Assembly (NCBI GenBank): GCA_038087875.1
Contig: CM075996.1
Span: 64,001-128,000, forward strand
Length of the DNA: 64,000 nt
Direction: 5' to 3'
Source of the DNA: Malacoraja senta
Taxonomy: Eukaryota
The notes beneath the pieces were generated by a model. The model searched no databases and was not told the origin of the DNA. It saw nothing but the letters and a program-made list of their open reading frames with translations. Every line of letters begins with the position of its first letter. Positions within the stretch are counted from its first letter, which is position 1. A program made the translations under genes and the position numbers. Positions 50,901 through 62,444 of the stretch are shown here, one piece after another.

Positions 50901-51908
50901 CATAGTATAGATACATAGATACATAGAAAATAGGTGCAGGAGTAGGCCATTCGGCCCTTCGAGCCTGCATCGCCATTCAATATGATCATGGCTGATCATC
51001 CAACTCAGTATCCCGTACCTGCCTTCTCTCCATACCCCCTGATCCCTTTAGCCACAAGGGTCACATCTAACTCCCTCTTAAATATAGCCAATGAACTGGC
51101 CTCAACTACCCTCTGTGGCAGAGAGTTCCAGAGATTCACCACTCTCTGCGTGAAAAAGTTTTTCCTCATCTCGGTCTTAAAGGATTCCCCCCTTATCCTT
51201 AAGCTGTGACCCCTTGTCCTAGACTTCCCCAACATCGGGAACAATCTTCCTGCATCTAGCCTGTCCAACCCCATAAGAATTTTGTACGTTTCTATAAGAT
51301 CCCCTCTCAATCTCCTAAATTCTAGCGAGTATAAGCCAAGTCTATCCAGTCTTTCTTCATATGAAAGTCCTGACATCCTAGGAATCAGTCTGGTGAACCT
51401 TCTCTGCACTCCCTCTATGGCTATAATGTCCTTCCTCAGATTTGGAGACCAAAACTGTACGCAATACTCCAGGTGTGGTCTCACCAAGACCCTGTACAAC
51501 TGCAGTAGAACCTCCCTGCTCCTATACTCAAATCCTCTTGCTATGAAGGCCAACATACCATTCGCTTTCTTCACTGCCTGCTGCACCTGCATGCCTACTT
51601 TCAATGACTGGTGTACCATGACACCCAGGTCTCGCTGCATCTCCCCATTTCCTAATCGTCCACCATTTAGATAATAGTCTACCTTCCCGTTTTTGCCACC
51701 AAAGTGGATAACCTCACATTTATCCACATTATACTGCATCTGCCAAACATTTGCCCACTCACCCAGCCTATCCAAGTCACCTTGCAGTCTCCTAGCATCC
51801 TCCTCACAGCTAACACTGCCCCCCAGCTTAGTGTCATCCGCAAACTTGGAGATGTTGCTTTCAATTCCCTCGTCCAGATCATTAATATAAATTGTAAATA
51901 GCTGGGGT
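50901..51908 (-). mobile_element. Young 5'-truncated CR1 LINE, sense to sox10
   Basis: Open frame of ~300 codons from PQLFTIYINDLD...KFADDTKL to YGEKAGTGY*. Tail CCTATTTTCTATGTATCTATG. Splits a V-SINE (50690-50900 / 51909-52025). Confidence 0.93.
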
Positions 51909-52199
51909 CACAGGCAGAACATGCAAACTCCACACTCCAAACTCTGTCAGCTCTGGGAGGTCAAGATTTAACCTGGTCGTGCAAGCTGTGAGGCAAGAGC
52001 TCTGCTAACTGTACCACTGTGCTTCTCCAAAAAATGTGCAGCTTATATTAGCATCTTGCCTTCCTTTTGCCTTTGTGAGTGCGAGAAAATGATGTCTACT
52101 CATGGGTTCATCTGCTCTGGTTTAGATCACATTGTGTTTCTTCAGTCAAAAGCCAGTGGGTTGAGGCTCACTCACTGTTGTCAACCATAATAATAATAA

Positions 52200-53110
52200 T
52201 TCAACATACAGAAAAGAGATTGGAAGCTTTGCGTCATGATGTCAGAACAACTCTTCACACCAACAAGGGGAAAGAGTTGTTTGTTGACCGAAAGAAGCAG
52301 GAAGGTGAACACAACCCTGTCACCATCAGCAGAGCTGCTGTAGAGATGGTTAACAGCTTCAGGTTCCTTGGCATCCATATCACCAGCAACCGGAACTGGT
52401 CCCTTCTCTCTAATGTGCGATCAAGAAAGCACACCAGCATATTTACATTCTTGGGTTCCTGAGAAGATTGGGCATGTTCATGAGTATTCTCTTCAACGTC
52501 TGCAAATGGGCTATAGAAAATATCCTGACAAGATCATCAACAGCTGGCAACAGCTCTGCTCTTGACCATCTAAACCTGCAGAGAGTGGGAAACACCTACC
52601 GGTCCATTGCAGACTCATCACCTCCTTACATCCAGTCCATCTTAACAGTGCAATGCATCAAGAAGGCTGGAAGTATCATCAAAGGTGTCTGCCACCCTGA
52701 CCATTCCTTTTTCTCTCTTCAACTTTATGGGTGACGATACAGAAGCTTAAAAGCCCGGTTGTCCAGATTTAAGAACAGCTTCTTCCCCACTGCCATCGGA
52801 CTCCTAAACCAATCATTTATTTCACGCCCCCTTTGGTATACTCCAACATACTTTGGTATACTCCAACATACTTTGAAATACTCCAACATATTTTGGTATA
52901 TTCCAACATGCCACACACTCTTACTCTTAACTCTACATCATTCAGTTATTCTATTTTTGTACTTTAATACTTTTTTGCCTTGCTCAGATTTTGCACTACA
53001 AACTTTGCACCTCTCTGCTGTTTTGTATTTATCGTTATACCTATCATTATGTATACTGTACATGGGTTTTATGCAACAACAAAAAAAATTATGGTATATA
53101 TGACTAATCT
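52200..53110 (+). mobile_element. Older Rex1/Babar LINE fragment
   Basis: KELFVD...VEMVNSFRFLGIHITSN.NWS and RFKNSFFPTAIGLLN peptides. Confidence 0.75.
52831..52910 (+). repeat. 4 x 20-bp tandem repeat
   Basis: CTTTGGTATACTCCAACATA: two perfect and two diverged copies. Confidence 0.9.
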
Positions 53111-53724
53111 GAATCAAGTTGGTCATTCCAGGACAGTGTTGCTGGAATGTTGCACTGTCTAAAGTGCTGTTTTTGGAATGGGCTGTGAAACCAAGGACGT
53201 GCTGTGCTCTGGGGTGGATGTTAAACATCTCATAGCACTTGGGGTGCAGCGGTTAGTGCTGTTGTCTCACAGTTCCAGAGACCCAGGTTTGATTATTGTA
53301 TTGGGTGGTGCATCTGTGGTGTTTGCATGTTCTCCCAATGACTACATGGGTTTCTCTGGGTACTTTGGTATACTCAACATGCCACAGATGTGCTGGTTGC
53401 TAGGTTTTTTGTCTCTAGCGTTTGTGTTGGTAGATCAGTTAGGGGGTCGGGATGCAAGAGGAATAATTGGGATTAGTCCAGAAGGGTTCTTGGTAGCATG
53501 GATGCAGTGGGCTGAAGCATTTGTTTCTGTGCTGTTATTTTATGACTATGTTGAAGAAAAAGCAGGAAAGTTCTCTTTGGCATCCTAGCTAATTGTTATC
53601 CCTTGACCAATGTCTCTTAAAAAAGCTACCATGATGCTATTGGTGGAATCGTGTTGTCATGTATCGTACAGCTCAAAGTGACTATTTCAGAAATATCAAT
53701 GCTCATGAACTGCTTCCTGAGGTT

Positions 53725-54037
53725 GAAACATAGAAACATAGAAAATAGGTGCAGGAGGAGACCATTCGGCACTTCGAGACAGCACCGCCATTCTTTGCGA
53801 TCATGGCTGATCATCACCAATCAATAACCCGTGCCTGCCTTCTCCCCATATCCCTTGATTCCACTAGCCCCTAGAGCTCTATCTAAATCTCTCTTAAATG
53901 CATCCAGAGATTTGGTCTCCACTGCCCTCTGTGGCAGGGAATTCCACAAATCCACAACTCTCTGGGTGAAAAAGTTTTTTCTCACCGCAGTCTTAAATGG
54001 CCTCCCCTTTATTCTAAGACTGTGGCCCCTGGTTCTG
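53725..54037 (-). mobile_element. CR1 LINE 3' fragment
   Basis: RTRGHSLRIKGRPFKTAVRKNFFTQRVVDLWNSLPQ peptide; (TTTCTATG)n tail. Confidence 0.88.
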
Positions 54038-54221
54038 GTTCTGGTAGTGACAGTTGCTGCAGAAATGTATGTCTTTACCTTTGTATTAAACTGTCCTAAA
54101 TTGCATGCACACCCTTCTCTCCAATCCATTCTCCACTATTGTTGCAATACAGAAGGAAGCCATTAGCCCACTGAGTCTATCGCAAAGCCATCCAATCTAT
54201 CGCATTCCTCTTTTACCACGA

Positions 54222-54915
54222 AGTAGAGATGGTTGAAAACTTCAAATTCCTAGGAGTCAATATCACTAACAACTTCTCCTGGACCACCCATATTGAAGCA
54301 ACGACCAAGAAAGCACACCAATGCCTCTACTTCCTTAGGAGGCTTAGGAAGTTTTGCATGTCCCGTACAACGCTCACCAACTTCTACAGATGCACCATAG
54401 AAAGCATTTTATCAGGATGCATCACAGCTTGGTTTGGGAACAGCTCCATCCAAGATCGCAAGAAATTGCAGCGAATTGTGGCGCAGCCCAGGCCATTACA
54501 CAAACCAACCTCCCTTCTATTGACTCAATTTATACCTCACGCTGACTCGGCAAGACCAGCAGCAGAATCAAGGATGAGTCGTACCCTGGCCACTCCCTCT
54601 TCTACCCTCTCCCATCAGGCAAAAGTGTGAAAACGCACACCACCAGATTCAGGGACAGTTTCTTCCCAGCTGTTATCAGGCAACTGAATCATCCTACCAC
54701 AACCAGAGAGCAGTTCTGAACTACTATCTACCTCTTTGCTCGGACTTTGCTGGCTTTACCTTGCACTATACATTATTCCCTTATCATGTATCTACACACT
54801 GTAAATGGTTCGATTGTAATCATGCTGAGTGGCTGGTCTGCCGACTGGTTAACACACAACATAAGCTTTTCACTGTACTTCGGTACATGTGACAATAAAC
54901 TAAACTGAACTGTAC
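54222..54915 (+). mobile_element. Rex1/Babar LINE 3' fragment
   Basis: VENFKFLGVNITNNFSWTTHIEATTKKAHQCLYFLRRLRKF..LTNFYRCTIESILSGCITAWFG; tail GTGACAATAAACTAAACTGAAC. Short copies of this tail occur at ~4212-4630, 9165-9320, 11015-11160, 12515-12610 and 14670-14815. Confidence 0.85.
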
Positions 54916-55244
54916 TGATGAAGTTCACTCACAATGGTTATTCAAATTGTGTTTTTAAATTCTATTTCCACCATCTTTGCCACTTTCATGACTGCTATCT
55001 ACAGTACGTTGAAAAAGATTTATCATAATCGCCCTCTTTATTTTAGCCAAACTTCTAAATGTGTGTCCTTTAGTCTTTGGACAATATTCTAATGGAACAT
55101 CATCCTTCGAAGTACTCTTTCTAACCCAGTCATGATTTTCTACAAGAACTGAAAAGCATAAAACTGCATTTATACTGGTAGTATGAGTGTAAGTGGCATG
55201 GAGGAAGTTGGCAGGCCAATAAAGGTTCCAGTGAATGGTAAAAA

Positions 55245-56740
55245 AAATTGCTGGAGGTACTCAACAGGTCAGGCAACATCTGCGGAGGGCCAAATAGACC
55301 TGGCCCTTCTTCAAGGCCAGGTCTATTTGGGCAAATAGCTGGTGGAGGGCAAATAGCTGGTGGAGAGGTGTGGAGAAGGGCTGGGGCAAGACATGCATGT
55401 GATAAGTGGCAGCTAAGATTGGGTTGATAAGCGGATGGATTCGGTGGTAGAGAAGGGTGAAGATAGTCATCAAGGCTGGAAGTGATACGTAGAGAAGACA
55501 GGGTTGCAGATGGTGGAATCTGATGAGAAATGAAGGTGAGGGGTTAAATGTAAAACCACCAAGAGGAATTGTAGGTAGATAGGAAGGGGAGGGGGGTGGG
55601 GTGGAGGAGTGATGATAGTGGACATTGAGGGGATAGAGGTGGGTGATAAGCAGAAAGTGGAGGGGAAAAGAAACTGAGTGATAGGTGGCGGGGGAATGGA
55701 ACAAAGGTGTGTCTGAGAGAACTGGGTCGATCAGAAGTGTGAAGGGGGGAAAGCTTGGATTTATCTGAAATTGGAGAATTTGAAGTTCAGGTTGCAGGTT
55801 GCCAAAGGTGTTATTCTTCCAGTTTACAAGTGGCCTGACTCCGGCAAAGGAGGAGGCCAAGGACAGACAAGTCGGCATAGAAATGGGAAGGGGAATTGAA
55901 GAGGCTAACGACCGGCAGCTCCAGCTGGCCCTGGCATAGAGACCGCAAGTGTTCAACGAAGTAGTTGTCTCGACTGTGCTTGGTCTCACCAACACAGGGG
56001 AGGGCACATTGAGAGCACTGACTACGATGAATGAGGTTGGCGGAGAGGCGTGGAAACATCTGTCTCCCCTGGAAGGGCTGTTTAGGTCCCTGAATGGAGA
56101 TGAGAAAGTAGGTGTGGGGACAGATGATGATTATCCTGAGGTAGCAGGGAAAAGTACGTAGCGAAGGGTACTTGGGAGGGATGATGGAGGGGAGGGATGA
56201 TTGAACCCTGGTAATTAATAGTTGCCGTACTTAATCAAATTGATGAGTTTTAGACATTAGATAATAGGTGCAGGAGTAGGCCATTCGGCCCTTCGAGCCA
56301 GCACCGCCATTCAATGTGATCATGGCTGATCATCCCCAATCAGTACCCCGTTCCTGCCTTCTCCCCATATCCCCTGACTCCGCTATTTTTAAGAGCCCGA
56401 TCTAGCTGTCTCTTGAAAGCATCCAGAGAACCTGCCTCCACCGCCCTCTGCACAAGACCAGGTGGCAGCCCCTATATCTATACCATAGCAGAGAAAGAGT
56501 TGGATAGTGGTGCTAGGGCACATTTGGAACCAAGAGTGTTCAACGTAGCCATTGAAGACAGGCAGAGCTGGGACATATGTGAGTGTCCATAGCTACACCT
56601 TTGATTTGAAGAAAGAGGAACCCAAATTAAAATTATTGTGGTTGAGAACAAGTTCCACCAGGCAGTGGAGAGTGTTAGTTTGGGGAACTAGTTGAGCCTC
56701 TGTTCGAGGAAGAAACCAAGAGCCCTGAGGCCTTCCTGAT
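55245..56740 (-). mobile_element. Degraded PLE (RT, GIY-YIG, tail) interrupted by a CR1 tail
   Basis: CSQCALPCVGETK...LPVVSLFNSPSH...QATCKLEE (GIY-YIG) at ~55810-56030; LVELVLNHNNF-type RT remnant at ~56580-56680. Confidence 0.7.
56264..56450 (-). mobile_element. CR1 LINE 3'UTR fragment
   Basis: Near-identical to 17828-18010. Confidence 0.85.
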
Positions 56741-57239
56741 AACAGAATGGAAGTGAAAAGGGAACTGGAAAAAGAATCTCATATTCTGGTTGGATGGCCT
56801 ATAACCAAATGGCATGAATGCCAAATTTTCCAATTTCTGGTACCCCACCCCAACTCTGCTCTCTTGTTCTATATTTTACACCTCATGTTATAAGGTTCAA
56901 CCACTGTTGCCCTTTGTCTTCTCTAGCCTTTGTGACTATCTCCAACCTTCTTTCTCCCCCCTTGACTTATCTACCAATCAACCCCTCCTTATCTGGAACC
57001 ACCTATCACTTGCCAGGTCTTAACCCACCACTTCTTCTCGCCTCCTTTTAGCAAGTTATCTCCCATCTAGGTCCTGATATAACATGTCTTCTGTCCATTT
57101 CCTGCTAAATATGCAGCCTGACTTTCTGAGTTCCTATTTTGATTTCTCCAGCATCTCTTGTCATTTGGAGGGTAACCATCCATTTTATACAGGTTTACTG
57201 TAACACCCCTGTTGTTGTGTCCTGCATCTGTATTAAACC

Positions 57240-58420
57240 ATAAGACATTGGAGCAGAATTTGACCTATTGGTTCTGCTCTGCCATTCGATCATGATTGAT
57301 ATATCTTTCCATCTCATCCCCATTCTCCTGCCTTCTATTCAAAACCAATGACATGCTTACTAATCAAGAACCTAACAATCTTAGCTTTAAAAAAATACCC
57401 AATGACTTGGCCTCCACCATAGTCTGTGGCAATGAATTCCACAGATGCACCACCTTCTGTCTAAAGACATTCCTCCTCATCTCCATTCTAAAGGTGCATC
57501 TTTTTATTCTGAGGCTGTGCCCTCTAGTCCTAGATCTCCCACTGGTGGAAACACCCTTTCCACATCCACTCTATCCAGGCCTTTCATTATTCGGTAGTTT
57601 TCAATTTGATCCCCCCTCATCCTTCTAAACTAGTACAGGCCCAGAGCCTTCAAACACTATTGATGTGTTAAAATGGGGATGAAGCCTTGGATCCTATATG
57701 GTTTTCAATCTACTCCTGTCAACATGTCCTTCTAGTTTTACACAATTAGGCACATATACATCCAGATTCCTCTGATGCGGAACACAGTTCAGAATTGTGT
57801 CATTCGGTCTATACTGTTATTATTCCAGCCAAATTGTATCACTCATACTTCTCCATATTAAATTTCACCTGCCAGTTATCTTCCCACTCTGCCAGCTATA
57901 AACGCTCTTCCAGTCCATTACAATGTTCTAACAATTTACCCAACCTCCAGGTTTGAAATCATCTGCAAAATGTGAAGTATTAGTCTCCACGCCCATAACC
58001 AAATATTGACATCAATGAAAATGAATGGCCTCAATACTTATCTCTGTGGAATATCACTTCCCTACAACCCTCTCGACTGAGATACAAACATTCACGTGAC
58101 TCTGCTTCCTATCCTTAAACAAATGTATTCTTCTCTGGTATCTCTGACCCTGTTTTTACATGGTACTCAATTTTACTAAACAACCACTTTGTTAAAGGCC
58201 TTCTGAAAATCTCTATAGATAATATGTATTGCATTTCCTTCACCAACCGTCCCTGTTGCCTAATCAAAATGTTTAAACAGGGCAGTCAGACATGATTTGC
58301 CTTCAGCAAATCTGTGCTGCTGTCCATTGTTAACTCAAAATATTCCCAAGGTCTTTTGAATTTTTCCTTTGATTGCTGCTTCTAAAATCTTCCCCTTTAC
58401 GTTAAACTAACATCTGTAAT
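57240..58420 (-). mobile_element. Older CR1 fragments
   Basis: Degraded CR1 3' end (57240-57650) and RT-region remnant (ATCTGCAAA = FAD codons on minus at ~57961). Confidence 0.55.
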
Positions 58421-58580
58421 GTTTAGAGTTCAGAGGTAGAGCGTGGAAACAGGCCCTTCGGCCCATCGAATCCACGCTGACTTATGATCACCCATACACT
58501 AGATTCTATGTTATCCTAATTTCGTATTCTACACACTAGGGGCAATTTACAGAAGCTAATTAAACTTCAAACCTTTGGCA

Positions 58581-58893
58581 TGTGGGAGAGTCTAGAATTA
58601 GAGGTCATAGCCTCAAAATTGAAAGGACGTTCTCTTAGGAAGGACATGAGGAGAAATTTCTTTAGTCAGAGGGTGGTGAATCTGTGGAATTCTTTGGCAC
58701 AGAAGGCTGTAGAGGCAAAGTCAGTGGATATATTTAACGCAGAGATAGATAGATTCTTGATTAGTACGGGTGTCAGAGGTTATGGGGAGAAGGCAGGAGA
58801 ATGGGGTTAGGAGGGTGAGATAGATCAGCCATGGTTGAATGGCGGAGTGGATGATGGGCCAAATGGCCTAATTCTACTACTCCTTATGACCTT
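58581..58893 (+). mobile_element. CR1 LINE 3' fragment
   Basis: MRRNFFSQRVVNLWNSLAQKAVEAKSVDIF...GYGEKAGEWG peptide. Confidence 0.85.
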
Positions 58894-58894
58894 A

Positions 58895-60335
58895 TAATAA
58901 TAATAATAATACATTTTATTTATGGGCGCCTTATACCAAAGTCTCAAGGACACCTTACAGAGTTTAACAAGTAAGAAACATATAATCGGAGAAAAATAAA
59001 TTATAAAGACATCACCAATACACAAATTAAAGACAGAATTCGATCCAAAGACACAAAAAAAATCAGAAACACAATGTGAAGAGAGAGCAGCGGCAGCTAA
59101 ACCGCGCCAGCGTCCACTCTCCCTTCCGACCGCCATCTTGGACACAGACTAAAATAAACACTACATATAAAAATCATCCCCCCACAATGGTTACCACTGT
59201 GGGGGAAGGCACAATATCCAGTCCCCATCCCCAATTCTCCCACAGTCAGGCCTATTGAGGCCTCCGCTATTGCCTCTACGGAGGCCCGATGTTCCTGGCC
59301 GTTCTCGCCGGGTGCTGTTGCCCCGGCGTCAGGAGAGTCCTCTCAGCGGCTGGGCCACCTGGAACGGCCGCTTCCATTGCCGTAGACCGCAGCTTCCGAA
59401 GCCGACAAGGCTGCGCCGGTTTGGAGCTCCCAGGCTCCCGATGTTGAAGTCGGCGCCGCCCGCTCCGCTCCGCAGACCCGCAGCCCGGAGGTGTTGAGCT
59501 CGGCGGTCACAGCTCACCGGAGCATTCAAAGAAAACCCACGTGGTCACAGGGAGAACGCTCAAATTCCATACAGACAGTACCGGTAGTCAGGAACACAAT
59601 CGGGTCTCTGGCGCTATAAGGTTCAAAGGTCAGTTTATTGTCACGTGTACCAATTAAAGTACAGTGAAACTCAAATTACCATACAGCCATAATAAAAAAT
59701 GCAACCAGACACACAACTACATAAAAGTTAACATAAACATCCACCACAGAGGATCCCCCACATTCCTCACTGTGATGGAAGGCAATAAAGTGTAATCTTC
59801 TTCTTTATTCTCCCGTGGTCGGGGCAGTCGAACCATCCGCAGTCGGGGCGATTGAAGCTCCCGCAGCCGGCGATCGAAGAACCCGCGTCGGGGCGATCGA
59901 AGCTCTCGTGTCGGGGCGGTCTAAGCTCCTGCGGCTTGGAGCTCCCGAAGTCGGTCTCTAACCAGGGACCGCGAGCTCCACGATGTTTAAGTCCATAGTC
60001 TCCCGTGGTTGGAGCTCCAAGATCGATCCCCAACACGGTTCGCGAGCTCCACGATGTTAAGTCCACAGGCTCCCGCAGTTGGAGCTCCCGAAGTCGGTCT
60101 CCAGCAAGAGGCCGCCAACTCCACGATGTTAGGCCGCAGTGCGGACGGAGATACGATACAGAAAAAAGTCGCATCTCCGTCGAGGCAAGAGATTTTAAAA
60201 AAGTTTCCCCCAACCCTCCACCCCCCACATAAAACAAGCTAAAGAACACTAAAACATACATTTAACACAAAGTAAAAAAACAACAAAGAAGGAAGTGAAG
60301 ACAGACTGTTGGCGAGGCAGCCATTGCTGGCGCCA
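58895..60335 (-). mobile_element. Two GC-rich non-autonomous retroelements (58895-59527 with L2-like (TAT)n tail; 59620-60335 with Rex1-like tail)
   Basis: LINE-type 3' tails, CpG-rich bodies with internal subrepeats (GGAGCTCCCGAAGTCGGTCTC x2, CTCCACGATGTT x3) and no credible ORF. Confidence 0.55.
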
Positions 60336-61079
60336 ACCAGAGGAAGCAACTCTACCGCTGCGCCACTTTGCTGCCCCTAATTGCTCGGAATATTTTGCAT
60401 TTCTTTTGAACAAACTCCAGCCGATTCCCAGAACCTGCTGCCTTTTGCAGAAGAGAGTTCTAGACCTAATTAACAGATGGAGATACAAATTAGGAGCAGG
60501 AATAGGTGGCCTTGGCCCTTGAAAGTGTTTATTATGACTGTAACTTCAATTCTGCATTCACTGAGGTAAACCTTCGCTCTTGCTTATCAAAGAATCTGTC
60601 CACCTCTGCTAAAAAATATTCAAGGACTTCGTATCTACCACCCCTTGAGGAAGAAAGTTGTAAAGCCTCACAACCTCTGGGTGAAAATGTTTTACCACAC
60701 CTCTCCCTTGAATGGGTGATTCATTATTTTTAAACAGTGACTCTAGTTCTTGATAGTCCCACAAGAGGATATATCTTCTCCACATCCCTTCTCAAACACC
60801 CTCAGAATTCTGATGTTTTAATGATCCCATTGATCGCAACACAATATAATCAAAACATTATCAAACTTTCAGATCACCCTCCAATTGTTGTATCTCAGTG
60901 GAACTTGTGCTTCGTTATCTTTTGAATGGAACTGAAGGCAAACTTCAGGCCAAATTCAGAAGGGAAGCCAAAATGGATACCGTGTAGGAAGGAACTGCAG
61001 ATGCTGGTTTAAACCGAAAATAGACACAAAAAGCTGGATAGCTCAGTGGGTCAGATAGCATCTCTGGAGAAATGGAATA

Positions 61080-61113
61080 GGTGACGTTTCGGGTCGAGAC
61101 CCTTCTTCAGTCT
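61080..61113 (-). ncRNA. Putative minimal hammerhead ribozyme core (GUC) in a PLE-derived fold-back element (60983-61143)
   Basis: Minus strand CTGAAGA-A-GGGT CTCG ACCC-GAAACGTC-ACC; core intact. Confidence 0.5.
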
Positions 61114-61863
61114 CAACCTAAAATGTCACCTATTCATTTTCTACTAAAATGAATACTGTTCAGCTCATTGATTTAAATTTCCTGCATTCCTTTTTCTAGA
61201 ATATTCCCCTGACGTACAATTAGGAGTGTGTGTGAATTATAGAAACAGAAAAAAAACCTGAAACACTACTGATGTAATAGCACAGTCATATCCGGCCACA
61301 GTGATTATTAAGTCATTACTTTCACTGAAGGCACTGCCCGTGTGTGTTACTGAGACCATGTTGTGTGCAGGCTGGCTATTCCATTTATCTAGATGGCAAT
61401 AGTTAGAGTTTTTTCTGTACATGGATTAGATATAAAGTCTATTGTGTCCCATCAAACTCCCAGGAAAGGTTCAGCAGGGGTTGGATATACAATACAGCTC
61501 CCCTTACCCAATCCCATCAAATAGTCTCAGGGTGCATATACTACAGGTTACAAGATAAAGCTTCTTTTACACTTCCCTTCCACACACTCCCAAAGCAGAT
61601 ACATCATATTAGATAAAGAGTAAATCTTCATCTATGGTGTTCCATCAAACACTCCCCAGGAAGATATAACACAAGTTAGAAAGAGAATAAAGTTCACTCT
61701 GTCTCGTCAAACTCTTCCAAGTGGGGATGGATGTGTTGTAAAAAACCTCCCTAAATGCTGTCTGATCAGACTGCCAAGGCAGATATTCCATGAGGTAGAA
61801 TACAGAGTAAAGCTCTCTGTACATTGACCAATTCAACTCTCCCATGGTATGGATTGGATATAG

Positions 61864-62444
61864 CAGCCATTCTCAACTGTTTTTTGGCAACAACCCCCTT
61901 TGGAGCTCTTCTCAGATTCCAGGGCCTGAGAAGGGGCCAGGAAACTGTCAAGCAGGGATAGACAGATAATCATTTATTATTAGACACCAAGAAAACTTGA
62001 ACATCCGACATACTGGAATTATTTTTTTTAAAGACTGTATGAAATTAAACATATATCAGGCCTAATGTGATCCTTGAGCTTGGTGCTTTTCTGCTAGTTT
62101 CAAGATATCAGGCTCCAAATTAGACAATGACACCTCTTGTTGTGATATCAATTCCGTTTCTAGATTTTGTCAAGGAAACTACCTTGCTGAATCCGCACTC
62201 AACCAAATATGTTGAAGGAAAGGCAATTAAAAATCTTTGGGCTTTTTCAAACTGTATTGGAAATTTATTCAGCAGATCCAAAAATCGTTTTGAAACTGAC
62301 TGACTCCAATTAAGGTTGCTGCTTGGTATTTATTCGTTTCAGTTACCAGGGTCCCCCATTAACCCACAGTTTTCAGTCTGTGGCCCCCTTCAAATGTGCC
62401 AGGGCCCCGTTGGGGGCCATATGGCCCCCCGTTGAGAATGGCTG
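61864..62444 (-). mobile_element. hAT (Charlie/Buster-like) internally deleted DNA transposon
   Basis: Perfect 14-bp TIR CAGCCATTCTCAAC / GTTGAGAATGGCTG; 8-bp flanks GGATATAG / CTATATAG. Minus strand ~62290-62063 encodes FLIAFPSTYLVECGFSKVV..SRNGIDI..SNLEPDILKLAEKHQAQGSH* (hAT dimerisation domain, frameshifted). Confidence 0.85.

Noticed and set aside
55290..55330. 16-bp inverted repeat as a functional hairpin or terminator
   Set aside because: Lies within a degraded PLE terminus with local duplications; better explained as a TE rearrangement.
55261..56007. 248-aa minus-strand ORF
   Set aside because: Out-of-frame PLE remnant plus low-complexity pyrimidine-rich tail.
59767..60261. 164-aa minus-strand ORF
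   Set aside because: Arises from GC-rich subrepeats of a non-autonomous element; no recognisable domain.
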